From NCBI GenBank assembly GCA_004431415.1, contig QPMI01000499.1, positions 62,001-126,000 of the forward strand: a DNA stretch of 64,000 bases, read 5' to 3'. Within the stretch, counting starts at the first letter, position 1. Each line of letters begins with the position of its first letter. Positions 11,595-24,200 of the stretch are shown here, one piece after another. Below the pieces are notes generated by a model. That model made no database searches. It was not told the DNA's origin and saw only the letters and a list, made by a program, of their open reading frames with translations. The translations under genes were made by a program, and so were the position numbers. This stretch comes from Cyanophora paradoxa CCMP329. Taxonomy: Eukaryota; Plantae; Glaucophyta.

Positions 11595-14500
11595 ATGGTG
11601 TGTGACGACATGCCCGCGGGTATCGTGGATATGACCCGCATCGCGCTGCTGGACGCTTCGCCAGACGCCCGCATCTACATTGTTAAGGTGCGGACAGCGC
11701 CGTCGGCAGGCCCCCAGCGGCCTGACGAACGATCGATTCCGAACGATCGCAGTTCCCGAACGATCGCCAGTACTTCTCGCACATCAGGTACGCGGCGAGC
11801 TCCGCCCCGGGCGGCAGCCCCGCGGAGGCGGCCGCCGCCGCGGCGCTGGAGAGCGACATCAGAACTCTCCGCGACTTCGAGGTGCCGCTGCTCGCCTCCT
11901 TGTGCGCACAGCGCAGACTTCGCTGACGAGCTCGAGCGCTCCCGCGCGCGTGCGCAGCACTCGTCGTTCGCTCGCATCCTCGCGATGGAGAAGGACAACG
12001 GGGGCACGCACGTGCTCACGAGCTACCACGAGCTCGGCACGCTCGGCACGCTCATGCACCGGATCCGCTCGGGCTCGGCGCCGCCCCTCGCGGAGGGCGA
12101 CGTGCTCCGCCTCGCTGTCGACCTCCTCCTGGGTACGGAATCATCCAGATCTCTCCAACTTTTCACTTACAGTGATTCCACACAGGTCTCAAGTACAGCC
12201 ACGAGCGCCAGGGCGTCGGCCTCCGCCTGGTGCCCGACTGCATCCTCCTGGGGAAGGGTGCGATCCGCGTACCCCCCTTTCCTCCCCATTCTCTTACCCC
12301 CCTCCAGGTCTCCGCGCGCGCATCTACCCCCTGGAGGGCGTCGTCCGCAGGCTCGCTCCCGGCGAGGACGGCAGCCTCGACCTCCGGTACATCTACCCCC
12401 CTGCCCTCTATTTTTAAAGCTCACCATGTACCCAGGCACGTCGGAGACATCCTGACCCGGATGGAGGCCTGTACCCGGACCGGGAAGTTCAGCATACTCC
12501 TCGGGCAGCTCAGGGATGGGCTCCTCAAGACGGGTACCACGATCGACAGGGCCCTGCACCTCCCCGTCATCACCGACCGATTCGTCCTCCTCCAGGTCCT
12601 CTCTTCCTGTACCCCCCTTTTTCCGTCTCAACCGGTACCCAGGACGTCGACCGCCTGAAGAAGCTCGGCTCGGGAACCTTCGGAACCACGTATCTGGCCC
12701 GCCACAAGGTGCCGTACCCCCCTGCCGCTCCTTCTATTTTTAGAGACGGACGGGTCGTGTCCCAGGTGGACGGGCGAACGTTCGCCCTGAAGCAGATTCG
12801 GGTCTCGAACCGGCCGGACCTCGAACCGGCAGGGGATCCGGACTCCGTCGATCAGGAGTGCGCCGTACCCCCCTTGCGTTGCCTCTGTGCGCGCAGCGAC
12901 GCCGCAACCCCGCAGGTGCGCGATCCTTGGCAGCATCAACCACACGAACGTCGTCAGCGTGTACCACGGTTCGCGTACCCCCCCTCCTTCAGCGTCCGCC
13001 GCCGACGCCCGCCCGCATCGATTTTTTTCGCCGCAGTGGAGCGCAACGGCAACACTTATTCGATCCTCATGGAGCTCTGCAGGCGAGCCGTGCGCCCTCC
13101 AGGATCCCGTACCCCCCAACCTCCTTCGGCAGCGGCGGGGATTTGCAGGCTCTGATTCACAACAACCGGCGGGGTATCGACGAGGCGACCGCGCTGAATT
13201 ACATGAGCCAGGTCCGCGCATGTACCCCCTCCCGCGCCCCTCCGTTTCTTCTATGTACCCCGCCCCTAGATCTGCGTCGCCGTCGAGCACCTGCACCGCC
13301 GTCGGATCCTCCACCGCGGTCATTGGCGTAACCCTCCTGCTCTCTCCGCCCCTCGCTGACCCGGGGTACAGATCTGAAGCCCGCGAACATTTTCCTCAAG
13401 GCGAAAGACTCCACGGAGGTTCGCGTCGGAGACTTCGGGCTCTCGAAGGAGCTCGCGCACACTCTCGAGCTTGCGAAGACGCGCTGCGGGACGGTGCGGC
13501 CCCCCCCCCCCCCTGAAATGAAATGGAAGAATCCTGTACCCCCCTTCCCCCTCGCCCCTTTGACCTTCGTTCGCAGCCGGCGTACTTCTCGCCGGAGCTG
13601 ATGCTGGGGAGGGAGTACGGCCCCGGGGCCGACGTCTGGGCCTGCGGCGTCATTCTCTTCTCGTGAGGCCTTCCGCCGTCTTCTCGATCTAGATCCAAAG
13701 CTTAAGCTCCTTGTCTTCTCGCGCCCATGTTTTAATAATTGCGGCCCGGCGTGCACACGCGCGCGATCTAAAGCTCAAGCTCCATCTCGATCTAAAGCTC
13801 AAGCTTCTCTTCTTCTTCTTCTCGCGCCCATGTAATGATATTTGCGCGCAGGCTGGTGACGGGCGCGCACCCCTTCTACACGTACGACGGCACCTTCAGC
13901 TACGTGCGCCACGCGAAGGGCGACGTCGGGGGCTGGCCCGAGCATGTCTCCGCCGACGTCCGCGCGAGTGCGCCCCGCCCCGCCCCGCCCCGCCTTTCCC
14001 TCCCATCGCGAGGAAGACATAAGTATGATTTCAATTTAATGTTAAAATCGCATAGTAATCGGCCATCTATAAGACTTAGTAAAGTAAAGTGAGAGTCTTA
14101 TGATAGAGTGGTCCCTGCCTTCCCCTCCGAGAGGCTTGGCCGCCCAGCCGCTTACATGAGCGACCCGCAGTCGTGCGGGCGTGCCTGGAGCCCGACCCGA
14201 AGCGGCGCCCCAACATATCGCAGGTGAGCCTCGGAGCGATCGCGAGCCAGCCCACAGCGGCTTGAGCTTTCACGACCCACTGGTTCCCTAGTACTTAGCG
14301 GCTTAAGCTTTCATTTCATGGCTTAATTATAAGCCAGACCACAGCGGCTTAAGTTTTCATGGCTCTCTGGTTCACTAGTACTAGTACTGACCCGCCGGGC
14401 GGCCCAGGTCCTAAACATGCTAAAGCTTAAGCTGTTCATCGCTCGCTGGTTCCCCTAGTACTGACCCGCCGGGCGGCCCACCCATGGCCAGGTCCTCAAC

Positions 14501-14812
14501 ATGCGGGGCCTGCGGGGCCTGGCGCCGGCGGACCACGGCCTGTCGGACCGCGCCCTCTTCGTCCCGGCGCCCCTCGTCCCCGATCGCGAGAAGGCGGGAG
14601 CCGAAGCCGGAGCCGGAGCTGGAGCTGGAGCTGGGGCCGGGGCCCCCGACGCGGACCTGCCGCCGCCGCCGCCGCCGCCGCCGCCCCCGAGCGCCTTCGA
14701 CGAGGACCCGGCGGGGGAGGAGGAGGGGCTCGGGGAGGAGGGGCCGGGCGGCGCGGCCGCGGGCGCCGCGCGGGGGCTCCCCGCCGCCTTCCAAGACCTG
14801 GTGACGATCTAA
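11595..14812 (+). CDS. NEK-like Ser/Thr protein kinase with an N-terminal degenerate kinase-like domain (multi-exon)
   Basis: Spliced motifs LGSGTFG, FALKQI, ILMELC|SGGDL, ILHR|DLKPANIFL, VGDFGLSKEL, CGT|PAYFSPE, ADVWACG and DPKRRP; Pro/acidic tail ends at TAA 14812. Confidence 0.88.
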
Positions 14813-15906
14813 CTAGCTACAGTACTCAGCCTAGTCGTCGTTGTAGGACGTTGTAGTGCTGCCCGGCCCCGGGTTCCGACCCCAGCTGTACATGTGCCGT
14901 CGTACGTGTAGCTTAGTAGTAACACATCGGGCCCGGGGGGCCCCCCAGATGTAAAACTTAAAATAGCTAAATCTCATGATCACTTAGTGATGCCATGATG
15001 CAATGACATCAGAACCTCGGAGTCATGATCATGCACGTGATCATGATCATGATCATGAGTCAGGGCCCGGCGGCGGCCCGGCTTAAGAGTCAGCGTCTCG
15101 AAGTCATTGCACTGCAGCTGCGGCAGCTGAGTCGAGATATAGATCTAAAACTTGAAAATTGAGAAGAAGCCTTGAAGCTCAGGGGCGAGAGCCCGTTCAA
15201 CGGTTAAACGTTCATGATCATGAATATGATCGTCATGAGGCTCATGAGGCTATGATCATCGGATCATGATGAGGCTCATCATGGCATCATGATCATATGA
15301 ATATATGAGCCGCTGCGCTAGAGCCCGTTCAACGGTTAACGTTCAGATCATCGGATCTAGATCTAGGCCCAGACTCGGCAGAATCACATGCATGACACGT
15401 CGAGTGCACGTCGACGTCTAGAGGAGTGGAGGTGGGCAAAATGACCGTCAGGACAAGACAGTGATTTAATGAATGATTGCACAGATCATGGCAGATTTCG
15501 CGATATCGATCGACTTGAACTCGGAAGCTCGCTGGAACTTGAACCGGGGCTACATGCATATGCTACTGGTTGCAGTCACTCTAAAAAGATCTAATTGCAA
15601 AGACTTGAATTGAAGCTCGAGCTCGCTGAAAAGCAAGCTTAAGCGCCTTGAAAGTTGAAGCTCGCTAAAAAGCAAGCACCAACGGAAAATAATCGAGAAT
15701 CACAAAGCCTATAATGATAGAAGCATCGATAACTGGATGTCACATGTACAATAAACTAAAGACCACGAATCAAGAAGCACCAGAAGAAAAAACGAGCAGC
15801 CACAACTGGAACCTGAAAAATACTGGAGATGTAGGATGCATATACGTAGACGGCAGGACTGCGGGCTAGCACTGGGGTCGGTTCGGAGAGGGCGCATGCG
15901 GGGCGC

Positions 15907-17751
15907 CTACAGCTCGGGGGCGCCGGAGGGGGGAAGCTCGAGGAAGGGGCGGAGGCTCTGGAGCATGCGGGAGGCGTCGCGCTGGCCGAGGGAGGCGGCC
16001 CGGGCGCAGAGGCGCGAGGCCTCCGCAAGGTCCCGCGGCGCCCCGTTCCACCCCATCCTGCACGCCCGGACCCGTCAAATCACATAAGAGAGTGAGAGCC
16101 GAGGCGGAGGAGGGCGTGTGCGCACACGTGGCAGAAGGCGAGCGCGGCGATGGCGTCCGGGTGCTCGGCGACGGAGGCGAAGAGGCGGAGCAGCGGCAGG
16201 TTCCCGCCCTCGGCGCATCGCGGGACGGAGGCGCCGCGCACGTCCACGCGGCGCAGGGCCGCGGGGCTCGCCAGGATCAGTCGCCGCCAGGAGCGGCAGA
16301 CGCCGAGGAGCCGGCCGGCGTCGGCGAGCGAGGCGCCGTCCAGGGCGAAAACGAGGATGAGCGCCTGCAGGTCATCCGGCAGACAAGCGAAGCCGGCGGC
16401 CGAAGAATCCGCGGGCTGGTCCGACTCCGGGACGGCGGCGGGCAGAGCCGGAGCGCGTGCGGGCGACGGCAGGACCGGCCGCGGGGGCTGCAGCGACCGG
16501 AGAAGAGCGTGGCGGTGCGGGAGAAGAACCACGGTGTACTGGCGGGTCGACCGGTCAGCGAGATTTGAATCCGGAAATCGCGGGAGACGGCGCGGCCAAC
16601 GCACAATAAGCTTGAGGTGCCGGCATAGGAGCGCCTTGCTCACTTCCTTGGTATACAAGTTCATATCGGCGGCGATGAGGCCGAAGTCGACCCTGCGCAG
16701 GTCCCGCCGCTGCTCCTCAGCGAAGATGAACAGCCTGCGCGTGCGAGATCATGAGAAACGATCGAGGGACTGCGCGCCGCGCGGCCCACGCGTGCGCACG
16801 AGAAAAGATCGACCGGCTGCCCTCCCATCTTGGGTGTCTTGAGGGGCCGACCGGACGCGCGGTGGGAATACAGAAGGGCCGCGATGAAAGACTGCACCGG
16901 GTCGTACATCGCGTGGCCGCTAGGGAAGCCGGGCATGTTGACCGCTGAGCCGCAGGGAATGCGCCCCTAATCAGCTATTGCAGCAGAGCAGCCGACTAGC
17001 TGTGAGGCAGCTGAGGGCCGCGCAGCGCAGGCGGGCAAAGAACTGTCGCGAGACCAGCGGAAGACTGCAGCGGGCGATTCAAATGTGCATGGAAAAGCCT
17101 TGCGGATAATCCGCAAGCCGCGTTGACCCCGGTCAGCGCTGCAGCTGCTAGTAAGGGCGCGCCATTGAAAGTGTCTACACGGGAGACAGGACCACGCGAC
17201 GACGCACCAGAAAGTCGACATGAACGACAGGGAAGCTATCCGCAGCCCCGCGGCGCCCGCGTTGCGCTCGCAGAGGCGCACGACGATCCGAGAGACTTGA
17301 CATGTCGGGCTGACGGGAGCCTGGATCTTCGCATAAGCTTTTAATGCTGTAGCATGCATTTCAGCGAGCTCTGGGGCGCGGCGGACGCTGGGGAAGCGCG
17401 GGCGGAGCGAAAGTTGACGGGGGGTTAAGCCGGTCAGGGGTACGTACGCCACTCGCTCCCTCAACAAAATGGAGCGCCTTTCCTCGCATCCCGACCACGA
17501 GGCCGGCCGCCTGCACGCTGCGCCCGTCGGCGGGGCCGTGGGCGATGCGGATTACAGCGGGCCGCGGCTGGGGATCGGTCCTCGCCGCGACTCGCGGCCC
17601 GACGAGGGTGCGCGCGCTCTGATAGAGTCCGAAAGTGGTCAAGGATCGTTTCTGTCGTCCCCTGCCTGTCCCCGACGCGCCGCTGCCACTGCGCGAATTT
17701 CGCCCTCAGCGCCAAAGCGCGCCCGCGCCCTCTGACGCCCGAATCGCGCAT
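15907..17751 (-). CDS. F-box-like + Sel1-like repeat protein (5' exons tentative)
   Basis: F-box-like FACLPDDLQALILVF...LLGVCRSWRRL at ~16390-16280. Sel1-like AIAALAFCH|ACRMGWNGAPRDLAEASRLCARAASLGQRDA precedes the stop at 15907. Confidence 0.65.
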
Positions 17752-18275
17752 TTCAGGACCGCAGCTCTCGATGCAGAACCGCGCGAGAGCCGCGCAGGAG
17801 GCTGCGAGCTCGGAAGAAGACGAGTCGCAGTCGCTGCGGTCCTTCTACATCTCCCAGGCCCGCGGTGCGGTTTCGAATTCCGAGGCGCCGGCCGCGCCGT
17901 GCGCAAATAATCCCCTTCTGATCACTCAAGCGTTTCCAGAGCGCTACGGCGTCGGGGGTGAGTGAAGCCGCCCCTATCGCAAATTCCATTTCTCTCTCAC
18001 TACAATTTCCCAGATCGTTCGTGAGGGACGTCGACCGAATCCAGCTCTGCAAGATCAGACTGGATCCGGGCGTGCGGGGAGTGGATTGGCGGCTCCCATA
18101 GGGAGCGGGCGTCTACAGTTCGTTGAAATGCGAGCGCTTCGAGTTCTCAATGTAGATAAAATCAAGCACTTGCATGGTCGCTCGTCCAGAAACGAGGTGC
18201 GAGGGCGAGCCGGGTGCGGGCGGGTGGGCGGGTGCGGGCGGGGTTCTTTCCTTCTCCGAGTTTCGGGGCCTTCGG

Positions 18276-21200
18276 CTAGCGGGCGCCGTTGTGCGCGAAG
18301 CTGAGGCGGTCGGCGATGCCGACGCGGTGGGCCTCCGAGAGGAGCTCCTCCTGCCGCTTGCGCAGGTTCCGGAGGATCTCGCCCGGCGTCAGCTCGCTCG
18401 CGCCCGCCTCCTCCGCCTCGCCGCCCGCGCCCTCCTCGTCCGACCCCGCCGCGCTGCAGCGGACACTCAAAAAGCGCGCGCGCGCGCCGCAGAGAGCGGT
18501 GCCGCGCAGTGCGCGCACCGGAAGTAGGGCGAGGAGGCGCGGATGCGCTCGTTGCGGGCCGCCGTGGATCCCTTGCTCAGCTCCTCCCAGCGCTTCGTCG
18601 AGGTCGCCAGCACGTCCGTCCACGCGCCCTTCTGCTGCCGCCTGGGTCAGCGGCTCTGAAGCACCGAGGAGGAGGGGGACGCGGCGGGCGCGCCGGAGGG
18701 GACGGGGAGCGAGCGAAGCTGGAGCGGGCGGGGGTCTCGCCGGCGGCCTTTCGGGCGACCTGAAGGAGGGAAATTTTTAGAAGGGGCAGGGGGCCGTGGG
18801 AGGGCGGAGGGGCGCACGCTTGCGCGGGCGAGAAGAGCCGAGGGCCGCACGGGCGTCGCAGCGCTCACGCCGACGCGGGGGGCCATAGCCGATTGCTGAG
18901 GGCCGAGGTCAGGGGTACAGGAAGGGCAGGCGGGGGGTACAGCGGCGCCACCTGCTGGCGCAGGACGGAGAGGATCTCATCGGTCTTGCGGAGGACGTCC
19001 GGATCCTGCGAACGAAGTCAGGGGGCACGCTAGAGCAGGAACGGGGGTAGGGGTACACGCACGATGGGGTCGCCGGGGGCGGGGGCCTCCCAGTCGCGAG
19101 CGAGGGGCCCCGCGCGAGCCTCCCGGTACCAGTCGGTCCCTTCGTCCTCGAACGGGCTCTCGTACCCCCCCGCGGGGCGCGGGGCGGGGCCGCGGCCGCG
19201 GGTGGGGCTTCCGCGGCGGGCCGGGGCCGGGGCCGGGCCGGTGCTCGGTCCTCCCCGCTGTCGTAGGCGCCGCCGGCGAAGGGCGACGCGGCGCGCGGCT
19301 CGGCGTAGTTGCTGCGGGTGCGAGCCCTTCAGTTCTCACATCGCGCGGCGAGGACTCGAAAAGCGCGGACCTGGGGCGGTAGTAGAGGGCGTCAATGTTC
19401 TCGGCGGGACCCGAGCCGGAGGAGGCGCGGGAGGCGGGGCGTGCCCACGCCGGCACGGGCCGGCCGGCGGTGCGCGGCACCGCGGCGGTGCGCCCCGCGC
19501 GGCCCGCGGCTGCCGGGGTGCGTGAGCGGCGCCAGGCAAAGAGAAAGGCGCGGAGGTGCTTACGGTCGTGTCCCTCCGCGGAGTGATGCGGCCGCCGGCG
19601 GGGCGGGGGCGGCGGCCCGCGAGGCGCTGGCGGGGCGGCGCGGGCGGCCGGCGCGGGGAGGGCGAGCGGGAGCGGATGCGCCCGGTGCCCTGCATGTAGG
19701 AGGCGGGCCGGGCTGCACGGGGCCCGGGCGGGAAGGGCCGGCTGGCGACGCCCCCGACCTCCCGTACCCCCTCGGCCATGGCCACGTCGAGCTGCTGGGA
19801 GCGGACGTGGAGGATGGGCCGCCCGGCCTGGGCCCGCCGCGGGGTACCCCCCCGGCGGGGGCCGCTCCCGCGCGAGCCGCAGCGCCTCCTCCTCGGCGGC
19901 GCGGCGCTCGGCCTCCTCGCGGGCCAGCCGCTGCTCGCGGGTCTCGCGGACGAGGCCCTGCATGTAGCGCGGCGGCTCCCGCTTCGGCGGCTCCTTTGCG
20001 ACCGCCGCCTTCTCCTGGTGGTACCGCTGCCCCGCCCGCCCCGGTCAGAGAGGAGATTGATAGTGATCGTGTTTAAATAAAATACTCTTTAAGAAGATGG
20101 GCGGCAGATGATCGAATTCAAGGAGCCGCGTTCTAACGAACGAGCAGAAGGAATCCAAGGCGAGGACTCTAAAAAGAAGAGGATGCCTCTCTAGGAATTC
20201 GATGGGAGGGCGCACGAGGTCGCTGACGCGGTCGACGGTGCGGTTGAAGTGGACGAAGTCCGACACCTGCCGCGCCCGCCATCAACATTGGAACTCGCTG
20301 TTCTCTTGACATAGCGCCATCGACATTCAAGGTTTATATCTAATACATCTAGCCCTTCTAACAACCCCGCGCTCCTAAACAGCCTCGCTTTTATCAACGA
20401 CTCTATTAAAGTTTAGCCCTGGGGCCCAATCGGCGCACCTCGGGGGCCTCGCTCAGAAGCGCCCGCACCGGCTCCTCCTGCTCCAGCGTCTGCGGGGGAG
20501 GGGCGAGGAAAAGGTGAGGAAGGGACGAGGAGGGAAAGGGAAGGGCAGGGGTGAGGAAGGGAAGGGAAGGGGACAGGAGCTCAGCGGGGCTCTTCCATTT
20601 CTTGTTTTTGCGAGGGCAGATTTCCGGAGCTCATCTTTAGCCGGGGGTACGCACGCGGAGCTCGGCGGCGAGGATGGCCTCGTCGGCGGCGGAGGCGCGG
20701 CCGGCCTCGGCGCGGCGGCGCGCGAGGCGCAGCTGCCGCTCGTGCTCGTGGGCCTCCCGCTCCTGCCGCGCCTTCTCCTCCCGCTCCCGCTCCCGCCGCG
20801 CCGCGCGGTCCAGGTCCAGCGAGGAATCGCGCGCCGGCGTCTTCCCGCGCCGGTACTGCCCGGGGATGTCCACCGGTGAGTGCGGCGGCTCGCCGTAGTA
20901 CTCGGCCGCCCCGCGGCGCGCGTACTCCTCCCGCAGCGCCTCGTGCGGCGCCACGGCCGCCGCCTGCTCCCAGGGCTCCTCCGGGATCCGAACCCGCGGC
21001 CCGACGTGGTCGGGGGGGCCCCGCGCGTGCGCCTGGCCGGCGTAGGGGCCGGCGGGGGGCGGGAATGCGTCACGCGGGGGCGGCCCGTCGAACTGGAGGG
21101 AGCGGCGGGCGCCGCCGGGGCGCCCGAGGGCGGCGGGGCGGCCGCGGCGGCCGTCAGCGCCGAGCCGCGGAGGGCGGCGAGATCGTTCGCGGGGCGCGCG

Positions 21201-24200
21201 GGCGCGGGCGCGGGAGGCTCGTCCCAGGCGTGCCGCGTGCCGGCCGGAGGCTCCTGGAAGGGGTTGGGCGCGCCGGCGCCCGACGGGGAGCGGGCGGCGC
21301 CCAGCGGCAGCGAGAGGGACTGGCGCAGCTGGCCCGGCGGCCGCAGGTACCTGCGGGCCACGGGCGGGCGTGAGGGCGGGAGAGAAGAGGCGAGGTCGGG
21401 GGCCGCACGGGAGGCGGCCGGCGTGGGCGTGGGCGGTGCGTGCGATGGCGTCGACGGCGGCGCGGACGTCGGGAAGCACAGGCGCCCCGTGCCGCCCCGC
21501 CAGGCCCCGCAGGAACCGCCGCGCCCTACCAAAATAGATGAGAAGCCTCGCGAAAGAGACAGGGAGGGAAGGGCGCACGCGGCCTGCTCGGCGGCCTCGG
21601 CGGGCGAGACGCGTTCGCGGCCGACGAGCGTCCCTGCCGCCAGCTGCTCGATGCTGCACGGGGCCGGGCCCGTCAGTTAGTTCGACACGCCCCCGAAAGC
21701 AAGGCGGGCCGAAGCAGAAGAAGGCAAGGCCAGCGTCGCTCACACGAGGACGATGTTGCGGCCGTTGCAGACGTACTCGACGCTCTCCACCCTAACAAAG
21801 AGAAAGTGAGCGATCGAGGGGCCAAGAAGAAGAAGAACAACTGAGGAGGGGGCACATGGGGACGAGGGAGCGCGTGCGGGAGTCGATGACGTAGAGGAGG
21901 CACGCCGCCCGCTCCTTCGCCATCGCCTGCGCCCCCGCCGCAGCCTCCCGTCAGACTTCTACTCTTGCATCATCGAAGCTTAAATCGCGAGCTCAATTTT
22001 AAGCTTGAATGATGACGTGAATAATGATGACTGCTTAGAGGTTTCGGCAAGAAAGAACGCGCCTGGAGGGCGGAGGCGTCCTCGCGGCGCTGGTGCGCCT
22101 CGGGGTCGAAGTACGTGAGGCGGCCCTCGGCGAGCGCTGGCTCGGCAATCTCCTTCCGCCACGTCTGCCGGGGTAGAGAGTGAATGAAACTGGGGGAGAG
22201 AAAGGGGCGGGCGGACCGCTGGGGCGCCGGAGCCAGCGAGGAAGACGTGCTCGGGGGGGCGGCTCCCCTGCGGGATGCGGGGCTCCTGGGCCCGGGGGGC
22301 GCCCCCCGGCCGGGTCGGCAGGAAGGAGCCGGTGGCCGGGTCCCTCGGGAGGGAGAGGAGGGCCGACAGGGCCTGCGCCGGGTCCGCGTACACGGGTACC
22401 CTACCGCCGAGTCAGGGCGGGGGAGGGGAAGAAGCGGGGGAGGGGTACGCGCACCCGTGGCGGTCGGCCATGAAGCCGAGGATGTCGCGGGCGAGGCAGA
22501 GCTCGCGCACGGCGCTCGGCTCGGCGGGCGGGCCGGCGGGCCCGTCTAGCTTGGCCCCGTCCTCCACCTGCTGCAGGCTGGAGAGGCGGGTACGTGAGAA
22601 GGGAAGGGAAAGAGGGCAGGCGGCGCTCACCAGAGTACGACGGTGCGGCCGGAGGCGACGGCCTCGGCGGCCTCGAGGGTCGGGAGGAGGCAGCGGGAGC
22701 GCCCGTCCAGCGCGTAGAAGAGCGCCGGGCAGCGCCCCCGCGCCGCCGCGTCCCGCTCCGCCCCCGCCCCCTCCGCCCCCGTCGGGCTCTCCGCCGCGTA
22801 GAACGGCACGCCGTTCCTCTAAGGGGGCGTGAGACGCGGGGCGGGGGTACGGGAAAGGACCAGGAGGGGGTACCCGAAGGAAGGCGGCGGCCTCGCTGCT
22901 GTACGCCGCCGCGCCGCCGAGGTAGACGCCGCCCGTCTCGCGGGTCGCAGCTGGCCCGGCCGCAGCCGCCGGCGCCGGCGCCGGGGTGGCCGGGGCTGGT
23001 GCTGCGGGCGGGGGCGCCTGGGCAGGGACCGGTGTGCTGCCGGCCTTTCCGAAGGACTGGGGAAGGAGGCCCCCGCGCCGGAGTCGACCGGCCCGGCCGC
23101 CGGCGCGCGCGGCGCCTCGCCGCCGCCGCGCGGGGCGGCCGGCGGCGCGCCGTTGCCAGCCTGCACGGCTGGCGCCGAGGCGGCGGCCGGGCGAAGGTAC
23201 GGGAGGCGGCCGGCGTGGGCGTGGGCGGTGCGCGCGATAGCGTCGACGGCGGCGCGCACGTCGGGCAGCACGGGCGCCCCGTGCCGCACCGCCAGGCCCC
23301 GCACGAACCGCCGCGCCCTGCAAAGCCCCGAGCTTCAGGCGACGGAGCCGTAACGCCGCTCCAAAGAAGAGGGAAACGCACGCGGCGTGCTCGGCGGCCT
23401 CGGCCTCGGAGACCGCCCCGCCCTGCCCGACCGGCGTCCCCGCCTTCAGCTCCTCCACCCTGCGCCGCCGCCGCGGTGAGCAGACTTCAGATTCTTTAAT
23501 CTATTAGAAGCCTGCTATATCTTCTTAAGACGGCGGCGCGTGCTCACACGAGGACGACGTTGCGGCCGTTGCAGGCGAGCTCCACCGCCTCGACCATGGC
23601 CGGGAGGCACCGCGCGCGCCCGTCGACCACCGAGAGCACGCACGCCGCGCGCTCCTTCGCCAGCGCCTGCGCCCCCGCCGCCGCCTCCCATGAGACGCTG
23701 GAGGGCGGGGCAGGCTTGGCTGGGCGGGGCCCACGTCGAGGTTGGGGGCCTGGGGGCGGCCCTCGCCCGAGAACGGGTTGAAGTACGTCAGGCCGGCCGC
23801 CTGCAGCGCAGGCTCCGCCACCTCCCTCCGCCACGTCTGCAGGGGCGGGATTATCGGCTGGAGCGGAAGGCGGGAGGAGAAGGGAAGGGGGGCGGGCGGA
23901 CCGCTGGGGCGCCCGCGCCGGCGAGGTACACGTGCTCGGGCGGGCCGCTCCCCTGCGGGATCTTCGGCTCCTGGGCCCGGGGGGCGCCTCCAGCCCGCAT
24001 CGGCCTGCCGGGCGACAGTCAGTCCGCCCGCCCGCCAGCCCTTCTGCCCCGAAGAATACAATATCGCACAGGAAAGCGCCCGAGATCGGGTCCGTTGGGA
24101 GCGCCAGCAGCGCCGAGAGCGCATCCAGCGGCTCCGTGTACACGGGTACCCTGTTTCGGGATCAGGAGGTAGGAACGGAGGGCGTGGAGGGGGGGTACGG

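Noticed and set aside
17771-18304. Small plus-strand gene (MQNRARAAQ...)
   Set aside because: The obvious splice gives an immediate stop, there is no motif, and it sits 20 bp from the tentative start of the opposite gene.
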